Assembly: GCA_965221165.1 (NCBI GenBank)
Contig: CBDCRP010000002.1
Location: 1,280,001 to 1,344,000 of the forward strand
DNA length: 64,000 nucleotides
DNA from: a bacterium
GTDB lineage: Bacteria; UBA8248
Reading direction: 5' to 3'
The translations under genes were made by a program, and so were the position numbers. The notes under the pieces were generated by a model that was not told where the DNA came from, searched no databases, and saw nothing but the letters and a program-made list of their open reading frames with translations. Shown in pieces: positions 50,060-59,569 of this stretch; positions within the stretch are counted from its first letter, which is position 1; each line of letters begins with the position of its first letter.

Positions 50060-52054
50060 TCACCCGCTTTTCGGGAGACTTTCCTCCGCCGGTTGCGCCC
50101 GCAAAAACCACTCACGGTGACGCGTGACTTGGGAAATAAAAAGAATCGTCAACAACACGAATCCCGAGCCTTGGACGGCGTATGTAGGCCAAAACATCAT
50201 GAATGCTCCAAGAAGAAGTCCTCCTCTCTCCAACCAGGATGCCCTCCCGATCAAATATCCGCTCAGGCCGGCCATTCCGGCGAAAAGTCCAATTCCGGTC
50301 GTCAAGACAACCAGGATGATTTCAGCCACGCTTCCGTTTAATAAAATCGCAGGGGCATAGGCGAAAAGAAAAGGAATCACATAGAGACCCTTCGCCGCTC
50401 TAAAGGAAGTCCAGCCGGTCTTCATCGGATCCGCCTGGGCGATGGCGGCGGCGGTATAAGCAGGAATGCAAACGGGAGGCGTATAACAACTATCCAGGCT
50501 GAACCAAAAGATGATCATGTGAGCCGTTACGGCGCTCATGTTGCCCAGGTCGATGAGAGCGGGAGCCGCCATGGTCGCCAGAACGATGTAGGCGGAACTG
50601 CTCGGAAGCCCCATCCCCAGAACGAAGGAGGCCACACCGACCAGAATGATTCCCAGGAAGAGACTCCCCCCGGAAGCCGAAACGACGATGGAAGAGAACT
50701 TGAGTCCCAGCCCCGTGATCGTCGTGGCCCCGATGATGATTCCTGCGGCCGCACAGGCGGCGGCTATCGGGGCGCACTGACGAGCCCCTCGAACCAGCGC
50801 CGCGACGAGTTTGCTCAATCCGCTTCTCAAATAATCAAGAGCAAGCCCTGCGGAAAAATTGTTTTTCCGGAACCCTTCACGGAGATAGTCAATCATTCCC
50901 AGCAACGTCATGGAAACAATCGTGGCGATGATTCCGGCTACTCCTGCATACTGCACCGACCTCCCGATGACCATGAAATAAATCAAAACGGCCGGCGGTA
51001 TGAGAAAAACGAACGCGCGCCCGATCGTATTGAAAACGTCGGGAAGATCCTCCCAACTCAGACCATGAATGTCGTTTTTCGCCGCCTCCAGATGCACGAA
51101 CACGAATACGGACATGAAATAGAGCAATGCCGGAATGACCGATATCTTGATGATGGTGAAATAGGAAGTTCCGGTGAATTCGGCCAGCAGAAACGCCGCC
51201 GTGCCCATGATGGGGGGCATGATCTGGCCTCCGGTGGAAGCCGCGGTCTCCACCGAAGCCGCTATGTGGGGTCGATACCCCATCTTTATCATCAAGGGAA
51301 TGGTGAACGTGCCCGTGGTGACGATGTTGGCGGTGGCGCTTCCCGATATGGTTCCCGAGAGTGCGCTGGCTACCACGGCGGCCTTGGCGGGCCCGCCCCG
51401 CATCCGGCCGGTCAGCAGGAACGCGAAGTCAATGTATATTTTCCCGGCGCCCGAAGCGTCGAGCACGGCCCCGAACAGGATGAAAAGGAACATGTAATTG
51501 ACGAAAACGTACATCGGAGCAGACCAAAGACCCCCGTCTGTCAGATAAAAATGATCGATGATGTCCAAAAATCCGATGCCGCCGTGCCTGAACTCCCACG
51601 GCATCCAGGGACCAAAGTAGGTGTACACGAGGAAGAAAAGCGCAATCAAAGGCAAGGTCATATTGATTGCCCTGCGCGTGGCCTCCAGAACCAAAATGAT
51701 GCAAAGGACCCCGAAGAAAATATCCAATGGCAGGACATCATCCAGATATCGGGTACGTTCGAGTAGCCGGTCGTACTCCCAAAGCAGCCATATTACGGAA
51801 ACGACTGCGATGAGGCCGAGAAAGGCGGCAATCGCCTTGTTCCATTCCGCAGGTAAAATCTTCGTTTTCTTTGAAGAGGGGAGAAGAAAAATGATGGCGG
51901 CGGCAGCCATATAAAACATCGGCCGCTCGAAAATCGCGTCCATCCCACCGGTAACAGCAAGATAGATTTCCGTAAGAGACATGCCGATCGCAATCAGCAT
52001 GACAAGATAGCCGGCGATTCCCTTAGGGGGAAAAATCTCGCTTTGACTAACCAT
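50060..52054 (-). CDS. TRAP fused 4TM/12TM permease
   Basis: GGPAKAAVVAS, SGSATAN, GGQIMPPIMG, TPPV. Confidence 0.94.
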   Translation of the reverse strand: MVSQSEIFPPKGIAGYLVMLIAIGMSLTEIYLAVTGGMDAIFERPMFYMAAAAIIFLLPSSKKTKILPAEWNKAIAAFLGLIAVVSVIWLLWEYDRLLERTRYLDDVLPLDIFFGVLCIILVLEATRRAINMTLPLIALFFLVYTYFGPWMPWEFRHGGIGFLDIIDHFYLTDGGLWSAPMYVFVNYMFLFILFGAVLDASGAGKIYIDFAFLLTGRMRGGPAKAAVVASALSGTISGSATANIVTTGTFTIPLMIKMGYRPHIAASVETAASTGGQIMPPIMGTAAFLLAEFTGTSYFTIIKISVIPALLYFMSVFVFVHLEAAKNDIHGLSWEDLPDVFNTIGRAFVFLIPPAVLIYFMVIGRSVQYAGVAGIIATIVSMTLLGMIDYLREGFRKNNFSAGLALDYLRSGLSKLVAALVRGARQCAPIAAACAAAGIIIGATTITGLGLKFSSIVVSASGGSLFLGIILVGVASFVLGMGLPSSSAYIVLATMAAPALIDLGNMSAVTAHMIIFWFSLDSCYTPPVCIPAYTAAAIAQADPMKTGWTSFRAAKGLYVIPFLFAYAPAILLNGSVAEIILVVLTTGIGLFAGMAGLSGYLIGRASWLERGGLLLGAFMMFWPTYAVQGSGFVLLTILFISQVTRHREWFLRAQPAEESLPKSG

Positions 52055-52159
52055 GAAGAGCGCCTTCCGGAATTATTTAGAAACGGGCATCAGAGAAAAC
52101 TGCATGAGCCCCTGGTGCCCGAGCATTCCTTTAGCATATTGAATTTGCGCCTTCTCTGG

Positions 52160-53164
52160 TTACATCGCACCCACTTCCTTGTAATAACGGATTGCTCCCG
52201 GGTGCATGGGAACGCCTTTCATGTTCTTCACGGAACCTTTGGGCTCCAGGAAACCGTAAAGTCTATGGGCGCCCTTCAGGTAATTCTTGTTTTCAAAAAC
52301 GGTTTTGGTCACCTTGTAGATCAGGTCGGGCGACTGATCTCCTCTTGTGAAAAGAATCGTTCGAAGACCGTAGGTGTCGAGCGGTTTCTTCTGACCGGGA
52401 TAAGTATTCGCGGCCACATTCGATTCCACCAAGCCGAATTTCTCCAGCCTTTGCCGCATGCCCGGAGTGACTTCAGTGAAATTGATGGAGCGGCGCAGGG
52501 CTGCTTGTTTGATCAACCCGTTTCCGGGACCGGTGTGAAACAAAACAAAATCCACATGCTTATCCTGATAGAAACGCATCATGGCTCGGCCTCCGCCGAG
52601 GCGGACCGTCACGCCGGCTTTTTTCAGCGCATCGGCCGAAGTCCCGTACGCCTTGAAAAGGTAGGTCCCGATGTTGTAGGTTCCCGTCCCTTTCTTCCCG
52701 ATGGTAATCCCGGCCCTGGGCTTCTTTAGTACGAAATCCTCGAACGATTTAATCCCTTTTCCGGCCAACTCCGGCGCCGCCATGAAATGAACGGCGGACG
52801 TGTAGAGCCAGACCATTCCCCTGAGGTTCGGGTGCGCTTTTTTGTACGGCTTTTTCCCTGCGATGGCATTTCCCACGTAGTACGTGTAGCTGTAGGCAAT
52901 GTCGGATTTGCCAACCCCCACCAATTGGGGATTGGACTTTCCCCCACCCAGGGTGACGTTCAGGGAGTAGCCCTTGTTTTTACGATTGAAGACATCCGCA
53001 AGGGCGCCCGCCATGACATAGAGGGTGCTGGCGACAGTGGCCGCCCCCAGTTTGACCGTTTTTTTGGCGGCTTCGGCTTGGGGGGGAGCGACTAACACAA
53101 ACGCCATCAAAGCGGCGTAAACTACGATCAATGCTGAGTGCTGGCGATAAGTCCTTTTGAACAT
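52160..53164 (-). CDS. TAXI family TRAP solute-binding subunit
   Basis: Signal peptide; ANTYPGQ, MHPGAIRYYKE; GAGGGG RBS. Confidence 0.9.
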   Translation of the reverse strand: MFKRTYRQHSALIVVYAALMAFVLVAPPQAEAAKKTVKLGAATVASTLYVMAGALADVFNRKNKGYSLNVTLGGGKSNPQLVGVGKSDIAYSYTYYVGNAIAGKKPYKKAHPNLRGMVWLYTSAVHFMAAPELAGKGIKSFEDFVLKKPRAGITIGKKGTGTYNIGTYLFKAYGTSADALKKAGVTVRLGGGRAMMRFYQDKHVDFVLFHTGPGNGLIKQAALRRSINFTEVTPGMRQRLEKFGLVESNVAANTYPGQKKPLDTYGLRTILFTRGDQSPDLIYKVTKTVFENKNYLKGAHRLYGFLEPKGSVKNMKGVPMHPGAIRYYKEVGAM

Positions 53165-53242
53165 CGGTTTCCCCTCCCTCATGAGAGCAGGATGATTTAC
53201 ATCCTTGAATGGGACGATTTGAACCGAAGCCTCGAGCCTTAT

Positions 53243-53647
53243 CTAAGCGCTCGGACTCATGGCGGCAATCGCTTTCTCCGTATATTCCTTGAGGTGGTTG
53301 TAGGCTCTCTCGGAAAATCTGCATACCTCGGAGCCGTAGGTGCCGGGCCCCCGCACGTGCGTTGTTCTGAGGCTCTCGAATACGGCCAATTCGGTCAGGG
53401 CCCGCCGGGTATCCTCGTCTATGTTGGCCTCCAGGAAATCATGGTCCGCGTACTCAAAGAGATACCAGGTATGGGCGACGTCATCTTCTTCGGGAATGAT
53501 TCCTTTTGCGTGAAGGGCGGCATTTATCCAATTCGAACAGATGTGCATCCGGCCCCACATCACCGCCTCGAAATCATCCGTGGGGTGAAGTTTTTTCACC
53601 GATTGCGCAAACCGATCGGCTTTGGCCATATGCTCCTCGATTTTCAT
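53243..53647 (-). CDS. Hypothetical helical protein, paralog A (possible HEPN-like fold)
   Basis: GGAG RBS; clearly homologous to 53670-54077. Confidence 0.8.
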   Translation of the reverse strand: MKIEEHMAKADRFAQSVKKLHPTDDFEAVMWGRMHICSNWINAALHAKGIIPEEDDVAHTWYLFEYADHDFLEANIDEDTRRALTELAVFESLRTTHVRGPGTYGSEVCRFSERAYNHLKEYTEKAIAAMSPSA

Positions 53648-53669
53648 GGCGTATCTCCAGAATTTCCGG

Positions 53670-54077
53670 TTAAACCACTCTCCAGACCGCAGGCCGTACC
53701 GCATCCCCGACGATTTCCAGAAAACCGGTTTTCGCCTCCTCCAGACTTTGAAGACATTTATCGATGATCGCCCGACTAATCGGCGTATTGTCCCGACAAT
53801 GCTTGGGGCGAAGCTGCTCGATAAATTTCAGAGGTTCCATCGCAGCTTGAAGATTTGCGCTGGGCTTCTCGATGTATCCGTCCAAAGTGGGACGGAAGGT
53901 ATGGGCGTGGTCCATCAACTGGGTAGTGATCCCTTCCACGTGGAGAGCCGCGTTAAAATAGTGCGTGGCGGCAAGCATGCACGTCTCGATGATCATCTCG
54001 GGGTCGTCATCGGGATCTAGTTTTCGAAGAGATGCCTCGATTCTTTGCGCCTTTGCGGCGTGGTCACGAGGTTCCAT
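53670..54077 (-). CDS. Hypothetical helical protein, paralog B (possible HEPN-like fold)
   Basis: GGAGG RBS; shares H..KA.R, NAALH..GI, D.AHT and E.LR..H.R with paralog A. Confidence 0.8.
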   Translation of the reverse strand: MEPRDHAAKAQRIEASLRKLDPDDDPEMIIETCMLAATHYFNAALHVEGITTQLMDHAHTFRPTLDGYIEKPSANLQAAMEPLKFIEQLRPKHCRDNTPISRAIIDKCLQSLEEAKTGFLEIVGDAVRPAVWRVV

Positions 54078-54594
54078 TATCGATCTCCTCCGCTTTCCCT
54101 GGGCGTTGAAAAACGAAGCCATCAATCCATGACTTAAAACCAGACAGGAAATTTTGCGATTTTATTCCTCCAATCGGGCTAATCTCGCCATATGTCCTGA
54201 TAGCCCTCCCACCGCGGCGAGGGAGGATTGCCCCACAACCGTCTCGTGCTGATGTCCCAAGCGAACAACAAAGACGTCAATTGTTATGGCAGTGGTCACC
54301 AAGCCGTTCTGGCCGAACACGGATACCACCACATCCTCGACTCACGCCTGCCGAGAAATCGAGCAATCAACTTCCGAGCATCTTCATGTTGTCTGTAAAG
54401 TGTCTCTCGCTCAGGAGGAGTATGTCAACTACTCGAAAAACAACCTCTCGATCACATCAACCGGACTAAATGGCCTCAAATTCCTTTTTAATGAGCGTCT
54501 GTACGGCATATTGTTTGACTTCACTTCGCATCAGACACCATATTAGGGACACTTCGCGAAACCCCAATCTCACCTATGAGTTGGAGGCCTCCCC

Positions 54595-55782
54595 ATGAAC
54601 CCAGTCGATCAAGCGAAAACCACGGACGTCATTGACGCCTCAACCGGAAAAAAGATGAACATCGTCGATTGCGACATACATCCGCGAATGCCGAAAGGGG
54701 TTCAATCTCTTAAGCCATATCTACCCGAAAAATGGCAGGCCCGGCTCGGGATGAAGGGCGCCCTGGTGAAAGACGAAGCCAATCCCCGAAATACGTTTGC
54801 AGTTCCCAGGCGCGCTTTCTTCCATCCTCATCCGGGGGGGTCCGGGCGAGTGGACGCCAGACCGCCCGATGGAGGACCCATCGGCTCCGACATCAAATTT
54901 ATCACAACTCAGCTTATTGACGAGCACGACATCAACTACGCCATTATCGTCGGGCAGGACGCCACGGGCGTCTCGGGAATTCCGGATGCGGACCTAAGCG
55001 CTGCTTACGCCTCCGCCTACAACGATTTTGTTCTCGCCGAATGGGCCTCCACCGACCACCGTCTCAAGGCCTGCATCTGGGTGAGTCCGCGCGATCCGCA
55101 ACTTGCAGCGGAAGAAATCGATCGATTGGCCGATCATCCGGATATCGTTTCGGTCCAGATTTGCCCGATGGATATCCCCCTGGGCAAGCGATACATGTGG
55201 CCGATATACGAAGCGGCTTCGCGTCACAATCTCCCCGTTGCGATCCACGGCGGCGCTGAAACCTCCGGCGTCAATCCACCGATGCTGGCCGTGGGGATGC
55301 CTTCTTATTTCATCGAGTTGCATAGCGGTTTGCCCCAGGTGGGATGGATGAACGTAACGAGCATGGTGTGCGAGGGGGTGTTCGAGCGCTTCCCGAACCT
55401 GAAACTGATTGTTCAGGAAATGGGTTACGCATGGGTAGTAGGTCTCATGTGGCGTCTGGACAAGGAATGGAGGTCCCTGCGGCTGGAGGTCCCCTGGGTC
55501 AAGAAGCCGCCCAGCGAAATTATTCGGGAGCACGTGCGGTTTACGAGCCAGCCCGTGGAGGAACCGCCTAAACCCGAATTCAACGAACAAATGCTGAAAA
55601 TGATTTATGCGGAAGACACGCTTCAGTTTTCATCAGACTACCCGCATTGGGATTTCGACGATCCGCGCTTTGTTTTCCCCAACATCGACCCGGAACTGCG
55701 CAAGAGCATCTTTTACAAAAATGCGCTTGATACTTACCCGAAGATCAAGAAACTCGTGGTGGGGGAAAACGGGAAAACCTGA
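54595..55782 (+). CDS. Amidohydrolase_2 family protein, probable dinuclear (PtmU3/AibH2-like) oxygenase
   Basis: DCDIH, AIHG, QEMG, SQPVE, SSDYPHWD; stop overlaps the Rieske gene start. Confidence 0.85.
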   Translation: MNPVDQAKTTDVIDASTGKKMNIVDCDIHPRMPKGVQSLKPYLPEKWQARLGMKGALVKDEANPRNTFAVPRRAFFHPHPGGSGRVDARPPDGGPIGSDIKFITTQLIDEHDINYAIIVGQDATGVSGIPDADLSAAYASAYNDFVLAEWASTDHRLKACIWVSPRDPQLAAEEIDRLADHPDIVSVQICPMDIPLGKRYMWPIYEAASRHNLPVAIHGGAETSGVNPPMLAVGMPSYFIELHSGLPQVGWMNVTSMVCEGVFERFPNLKLIVQEMGYAWVVGLMWRLDKEWRSLRLEVPWVKKPPSEIIREHVRFTSQPVEEPPKPEFNEQMLKMIYAEDTLQFSSDYPHWDFDDPRFVFPNIDPELRKSIFYKNALDTYPKIKKLVVGENGKT

Positions 55783-56192
55783 TGGCAAAACATATCGTAT
55801 CCAAGGTCTCGGACTTGCCTCCCGGCGAAAGAAAAATCGTCGAACTCGAAAATCGCTCCATCGGGGTATTCAACATAAAGGGGAACTATTACGCATTGAG
55901 AAACATATGTCCCCACCAGGGAGCTCCTTTATGCATCGGGCCCGTGCGTGGAACGATGGAGGCAAAAAAACCCCACCAGATTCAGTACGTGAAAGACGGC
56001 GAGATACTCGTCTGTCCCTGGCATTGCTGGGAGTTTGACATCCTCACCGGGCGTTCCGTTTTCAACCCCCACCGCACCCGCGTGAAAGCGTACAAAGTGA
56101 CGGTCGAGCGACCGGACGATATAGAAGAAGACCCCTCGGTGGAAACGTTTCGGGTAACGGTGGAGGATGACCTCGTCGTCTTGCACGTTTAA
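55782..56192 (+). CDS. Rieske [2Fe-2S] ferredoxin
   Basis: CPHQG and CPWH ligands; TGATG coupling to the upstream gene. Confidence 0.93.
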   Translation: MAKHIVSKVSDLPPGERKIVELENRSIGVFNIKGNYYALRNICPHQGAPLCIGPVRGTMEAKKPHQIQYVKDGEILVCPWHCWEFDILTGRSVFNPHRTRVKAYKVTVERPDDIEEDPSVETFRVTVEDDLVVLHV

Positions 56193-56366
56193 GGCAAACC
56201 ATCCTGACAAAGTTCTTGAACCCGATATTCATCGAGAACAATTTGGAATTTAGTCGAATTTGGGGATGGACCGGGGCTCGGTAGACACCGGATGATCGTG
56301 ATTCAAACGTCATATCAAGACCTTAAATGAAGAAAGTCCGTTTTCAATCACAACTGGAGGGAAGAC

Positions 56367-57401
56367 ATGTCGTTAGAACCCGTGCGCGCAGCCTCGATGG
56401 GCCTGGGACGCTGGGCCGACGTGCTCGCCGACGCCGCGCTGCGCGGGGGCAAGGTGAGGCTCGTTTCGTGTTTCAGCCGCACGCCCGGGAAACGGCGCGA
56501 TTTCATGGAGCGCTACGGCGCGCGCGAGGCGGAGAGCTTCGACGCGCTCTTAAACGACGATGAAATAGAGGCCGTCATCCTCACGACGCCGAACCACAAC
56601 CACAAGGAGCACATCGAGGCCCTCGCAGCCGCGGGCAAGCACGTGTATTGCGAAAAGCCCATCGCCCACAGCATGGAGCACGCGAGAGCCATCGTCGATG
56701 CGGCCGAGGGCGCGGGCGTCAAGCTGGCGGTGGGCCACAGCGCGCGCCGCCTGGCCGTATCCAGGCGCATGAAGCAGCTGATCGAGGCGGGCGAGATCGG
56801 ACAAGTCTCGATGAGCGAGAGCAACTTCTGCACCGAGCGGGGGCTGGAACTCACGCCCGAGAGATGGCGAGCGAGCCGTGAACTGAACCCCACGGGCGTC
56901 GTCATCCAGCTATCCATCCACCACGTCGACACGTTCCGCTACCTCCACGGGCCGATAAAAAGCGTCACCGCCAGGCTCAAGCGCGCCTACGCGGCCGAGG
57001 ACGTGGACGACACCTCGATGATGATTCTGGAGCACGAAAGCGGCGCTCTCTCCTACGTGGGCGGCGGCTGGGCGTGTCCCTGGGCGTTTCACATGAACGT
57101 GCACGGCACGAAGGGCGTCGCGCATTTCCGCATCACCGGCCAGCAGTGGCGCGACCCCTCCAAAGCGCCCGAACCCATCCGCCTGCGCGTGGACAGGGAT
57201 CCGCTGGGCGAAGACGTCGTATACGACATGCCCGAGGGCGACATGTTCCGCGACGCTTTGGAGGATTTCGCCGATTGCGTGCGCGAGGATCGCACGCCCG
57301 AAGTGGACGGCCGCGCCGCGCACGAGAACCTCGCCGTCGTCTACGCGGCGGACGCGAGCTCGCGCCTGGGCCGGACGGTGGAGGTGCGGGAGTACATATA
57401 G
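56367..57401 (+). CDS. Gfo/Idh/MocA family oxidoreductase
   Basis: GLGRW, TPNHNH, HVYCEKP, IHHVD. Confidence 0.92.
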   Translation: MSLEPVRAASMGLGRWADVLADAALRGGKVRLVSCFSRTPGKRRDFMERYGAREAESFDALLNDDEIEAVILTTPNHNHKEHIEALAAAGKHVYCEKPIAHSMEHARAIVDAAEGAGVKLAVGHSARRLAVSRRMKQLIEAGEIGQVSMSESNFCTERGLELTPERWRASRELNPTGVVIQLSIHHVDTFRYLHGPIKSVTARLKRAYAAEDVDDTSMMILEHESGALSYVGGGWACPWAFHMNVHGTKGVAHFRITGQQWRDPSKAPEPIRLRVDRDPLGEDVVYDMPEGDMFRDALEDFADCVREDRTPEVDGRAAHENLAVVYAADASSRLGRTVEVREYI

Positions 57402-57716
57402 GTCCGAAACGGCCAGGCCCGTCTCACCCGTTTTGTTCCTTCACTTCATCGCTTCCCTGCCCACAACCCCTGCGCGATTTCCGTGAACGCGGAAAGGCGG
57501 CATTCACCGGCCCACCCTGAATTCGGCCAACCCTTTCATTCCCCATACGGAAAAAGAATAGACTTTATCCTATACACTCCGCATCGAGAGTCGCAATTTT
57601 TCCGCCCCCGCCCTTGTGATAAATTGGTGGTGTACCGATTTTTCTTGCAGCCAAAATTTTGAGAACTTTCCGAGGGGAGGTTCCGCGTTCCGGCGCGCCT
57701 ATCGAGGGGGAGCTTC

Positions 57717-58991
57717 ATGAAACGCGCGATCATACCAGAGAATTGCCCGCAGCCTCTGAAAGCGCAGTCGCAGCTTATCGAGACCGAACACTTCATCTTC
57801 CTTTCCGGGCAGCTTCCGACGGACTACGTTACCGGAATTGCGCCGGAAGCCGCGGTCGACCCGGCGCTCCCGTACGCCTCGCCGCCCGGAATGCTCCGCC
57901 AGACGCGCTACATGCTGCAGACCATGGAGAAAGCGCTGGGGAGCGCGGGGGTCGGTTTCGAGGATCTCATACGGATTGAGCAGTTCATCACCGGCCGGGA
58001 ACAGGCGCCCTGGAATTCCTCGGCGCGGCAAAGCTTCATGGCGAAGGCCCATCCAACCAGCACGCGAGTCGTCTCGAAGGCGCTCGAGGTGCCCGGCGCC
58101 ATGATCGCCTGCGACGGAATCGCAATAAACCCCAAGGCGGGATGGGAAAAGGTCACCCACGACCTGGAGGTCGTCCCCAAGGCGGTGACGGGATACCCCG
58201 CGGCGCAGTCGGCGGGGCCGTTCATCTTCATGCCGGGAATGATCGCCACCGACTACGCGACCGGCGTCCACCCGGACGCCCGGGTGAATCCGGCCCTGTG
58301 GCATCAGTCCGCCATCAAGCGGCAGACCGAATACATCGTCCGGACGAAGGAAAAAGTGCTCGGCGAGCTCGGCCTGTCCCTGAAAGACATCATTCAGTCG
58401 ACCGTCTATCTCAAGCACATGGAAGATCTGCCGGCCTTCGACTACCTGTGGCGAAACTTCTTTCCCGAGAACCCGCCCGCCCGGGTGGTCATCCCCTGCG
58501 ACGATCTGGCCATCGGCGGTTCTCGAATCGAGATCAGCTCCATCGCCCTTCGCCCGGATTCCGGCTTTGAACGTAAGACCATCGCGGCCGCAGGCGCGCC
58601 TGCGCCGATTTTTCACGAACCGCACGGGGTGAAAGCGGGGCCCTATTTATTCTTCTCGACGCAGATCGCAGCGGACGAAAGCGGACTGGCCGACGAGGCG
58701 AGCGTGAATCCTGGGCTCCCCTGGTACGCCTCGCCCATCAAGCTCCAGGTCGAATACATGCTCAAAAACGTGGACGCCGTCTGCCGGGCGGCGGGCGGAT
58801 CTCTTTCGGACGTGGTGAGAAGCCAGACCGTGTTCACCGATATGGCCGACCTGCACGGGGCGTTCGAGGTCTGGGGGAGCGCCTTCCCGAAAGATCCGCC
58901 GGTGAACATGAGCGCGGAGACGGCGACCCCCATGCCCGTGCCCGGCTGCCGGGTCCTCGCCTCTTTGATGGCCTACATCCCGGACGAATAG
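57717..58991 (+). CDS. Triple tandem RidA/YjgF-domain protein
   Basis: Three repeats (FIFLSGQ / FIFMPG / YLFFSTQ ... Q-T/V ... D); PPAR in repeat 2. Confidence 0.82.
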   Translation: MKRAIIPENCPQPLKAQSQLIETEHFIFLSGQLPTDYVTGIAPEAAVDPALPYASPPGMLRQTRYMLQTMEKALGSAGVGFEDLIRIEQFITGREQAPWNSSARQSFMAKAHPTSTRVVSKALEVPGAMIACDGIAINPKAGWEKVTHDLEVVPKAVTGYPAAQSAGPFIFMPGMIATDYATGVHPDARVNPALWHQSAIKRQTEYIVRTKEKVLGELGLSLKDIIQSTVYLKHMEDLPAFDYLWRNFFPENPPARVVIPCDDLAIGGSRIEISSIALRPDSGFERKTIAAAGAPAPIFHEPHGVKAGPYLFFSTQIAADESGLADEASVNPGLPWYASPIKLQVEYMLKNVDAVCRAAGGSLSDVVRSQTVFTDMADLHGAFEVWGSAFPKDPPVNMSAETATPMPVPGCRVLASLMAYIPDE

Positions 58992-59057
58992 GGAGTCGCA
59001 CAGGCGCCGAGAGAATATCTGGAAGGAACCCCCCGGCAGGAGCAGCGCGCCTTCTCA

Positions 59058-59170
59058 CCGGCCGTCACCGCGTTCATTACCTCGTCTTTCATCAGGTTCA
59101 CCGCCTCTCCGAGCAGAAACAGCCGCACCTCGTGGCCCGCCTCCGCGAAGGCGTTCGCGTGAAAAAGGCG
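59058..59170 (-). pseudogene. DsrE-family gene fragment
   Basis: HANAFAEAGHEVRLFLLGEAVNLMK; both ends lost. Confidence 0.7.
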
Positions 59171-59232
59171 AACCCCGGAATGCTCGCGCCTGCAAAACCA
59201 TTCCGCCCTCATCCGCTGCACTGCGCTCGGGT

Positions 59233-59424
59233 CTATCTGAACCGCCCATCGTTCAACCGCCGGTAGACATGCGTTCCCTTGAGCGGGGAATCCGCTTTTA
59301 TCAAGTCCCACGGCGTTTTACCGTCTTTGTCTTTTGCCGCCGGGTCGGCCCCGGCCTCCAGCAGGACTGTCACGATTGCAGGGGTTTTGCCCTTCGCCGC
59401 CGCTCCGCGCAGGGGTGTCCATCC
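59233..59424 (-). pseudogene. C-terminal fragment of an ankyrin-repeat protein
   Basis: GWTPLRGAAAKGKTPAIVTVLLEAGADPAAKDKDGKTPWDL...RLNDGRFR*; no start codon, absent from the ORF track. Confidence 0.85.
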
Positions 59425-59516
59425 GAAATATATCGGTTCATCCCGAAATTTCCGGGACTATCGCCTGAAAGTTCCTGAAAAGTAAAAAAGAAAAGACTTG
59501 CAAAATTATTCGTAAT

Positions 59517-59532
59517 TTGTTTGTATAAACAA
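59517..59532. promoter_or_regulatory. Palindrome TTGTTT-N4-AAACAA upstream of rlmD-lexA-dinB (candidate operator)
   Basis: Lies in an AT-rich promoter region with TTGCAA at 59498. Confidence 0.45.
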
Positions 59533-59569
59533 TGTATTATTTTCGTAAAACGTATGTCGCGAGGACCCG

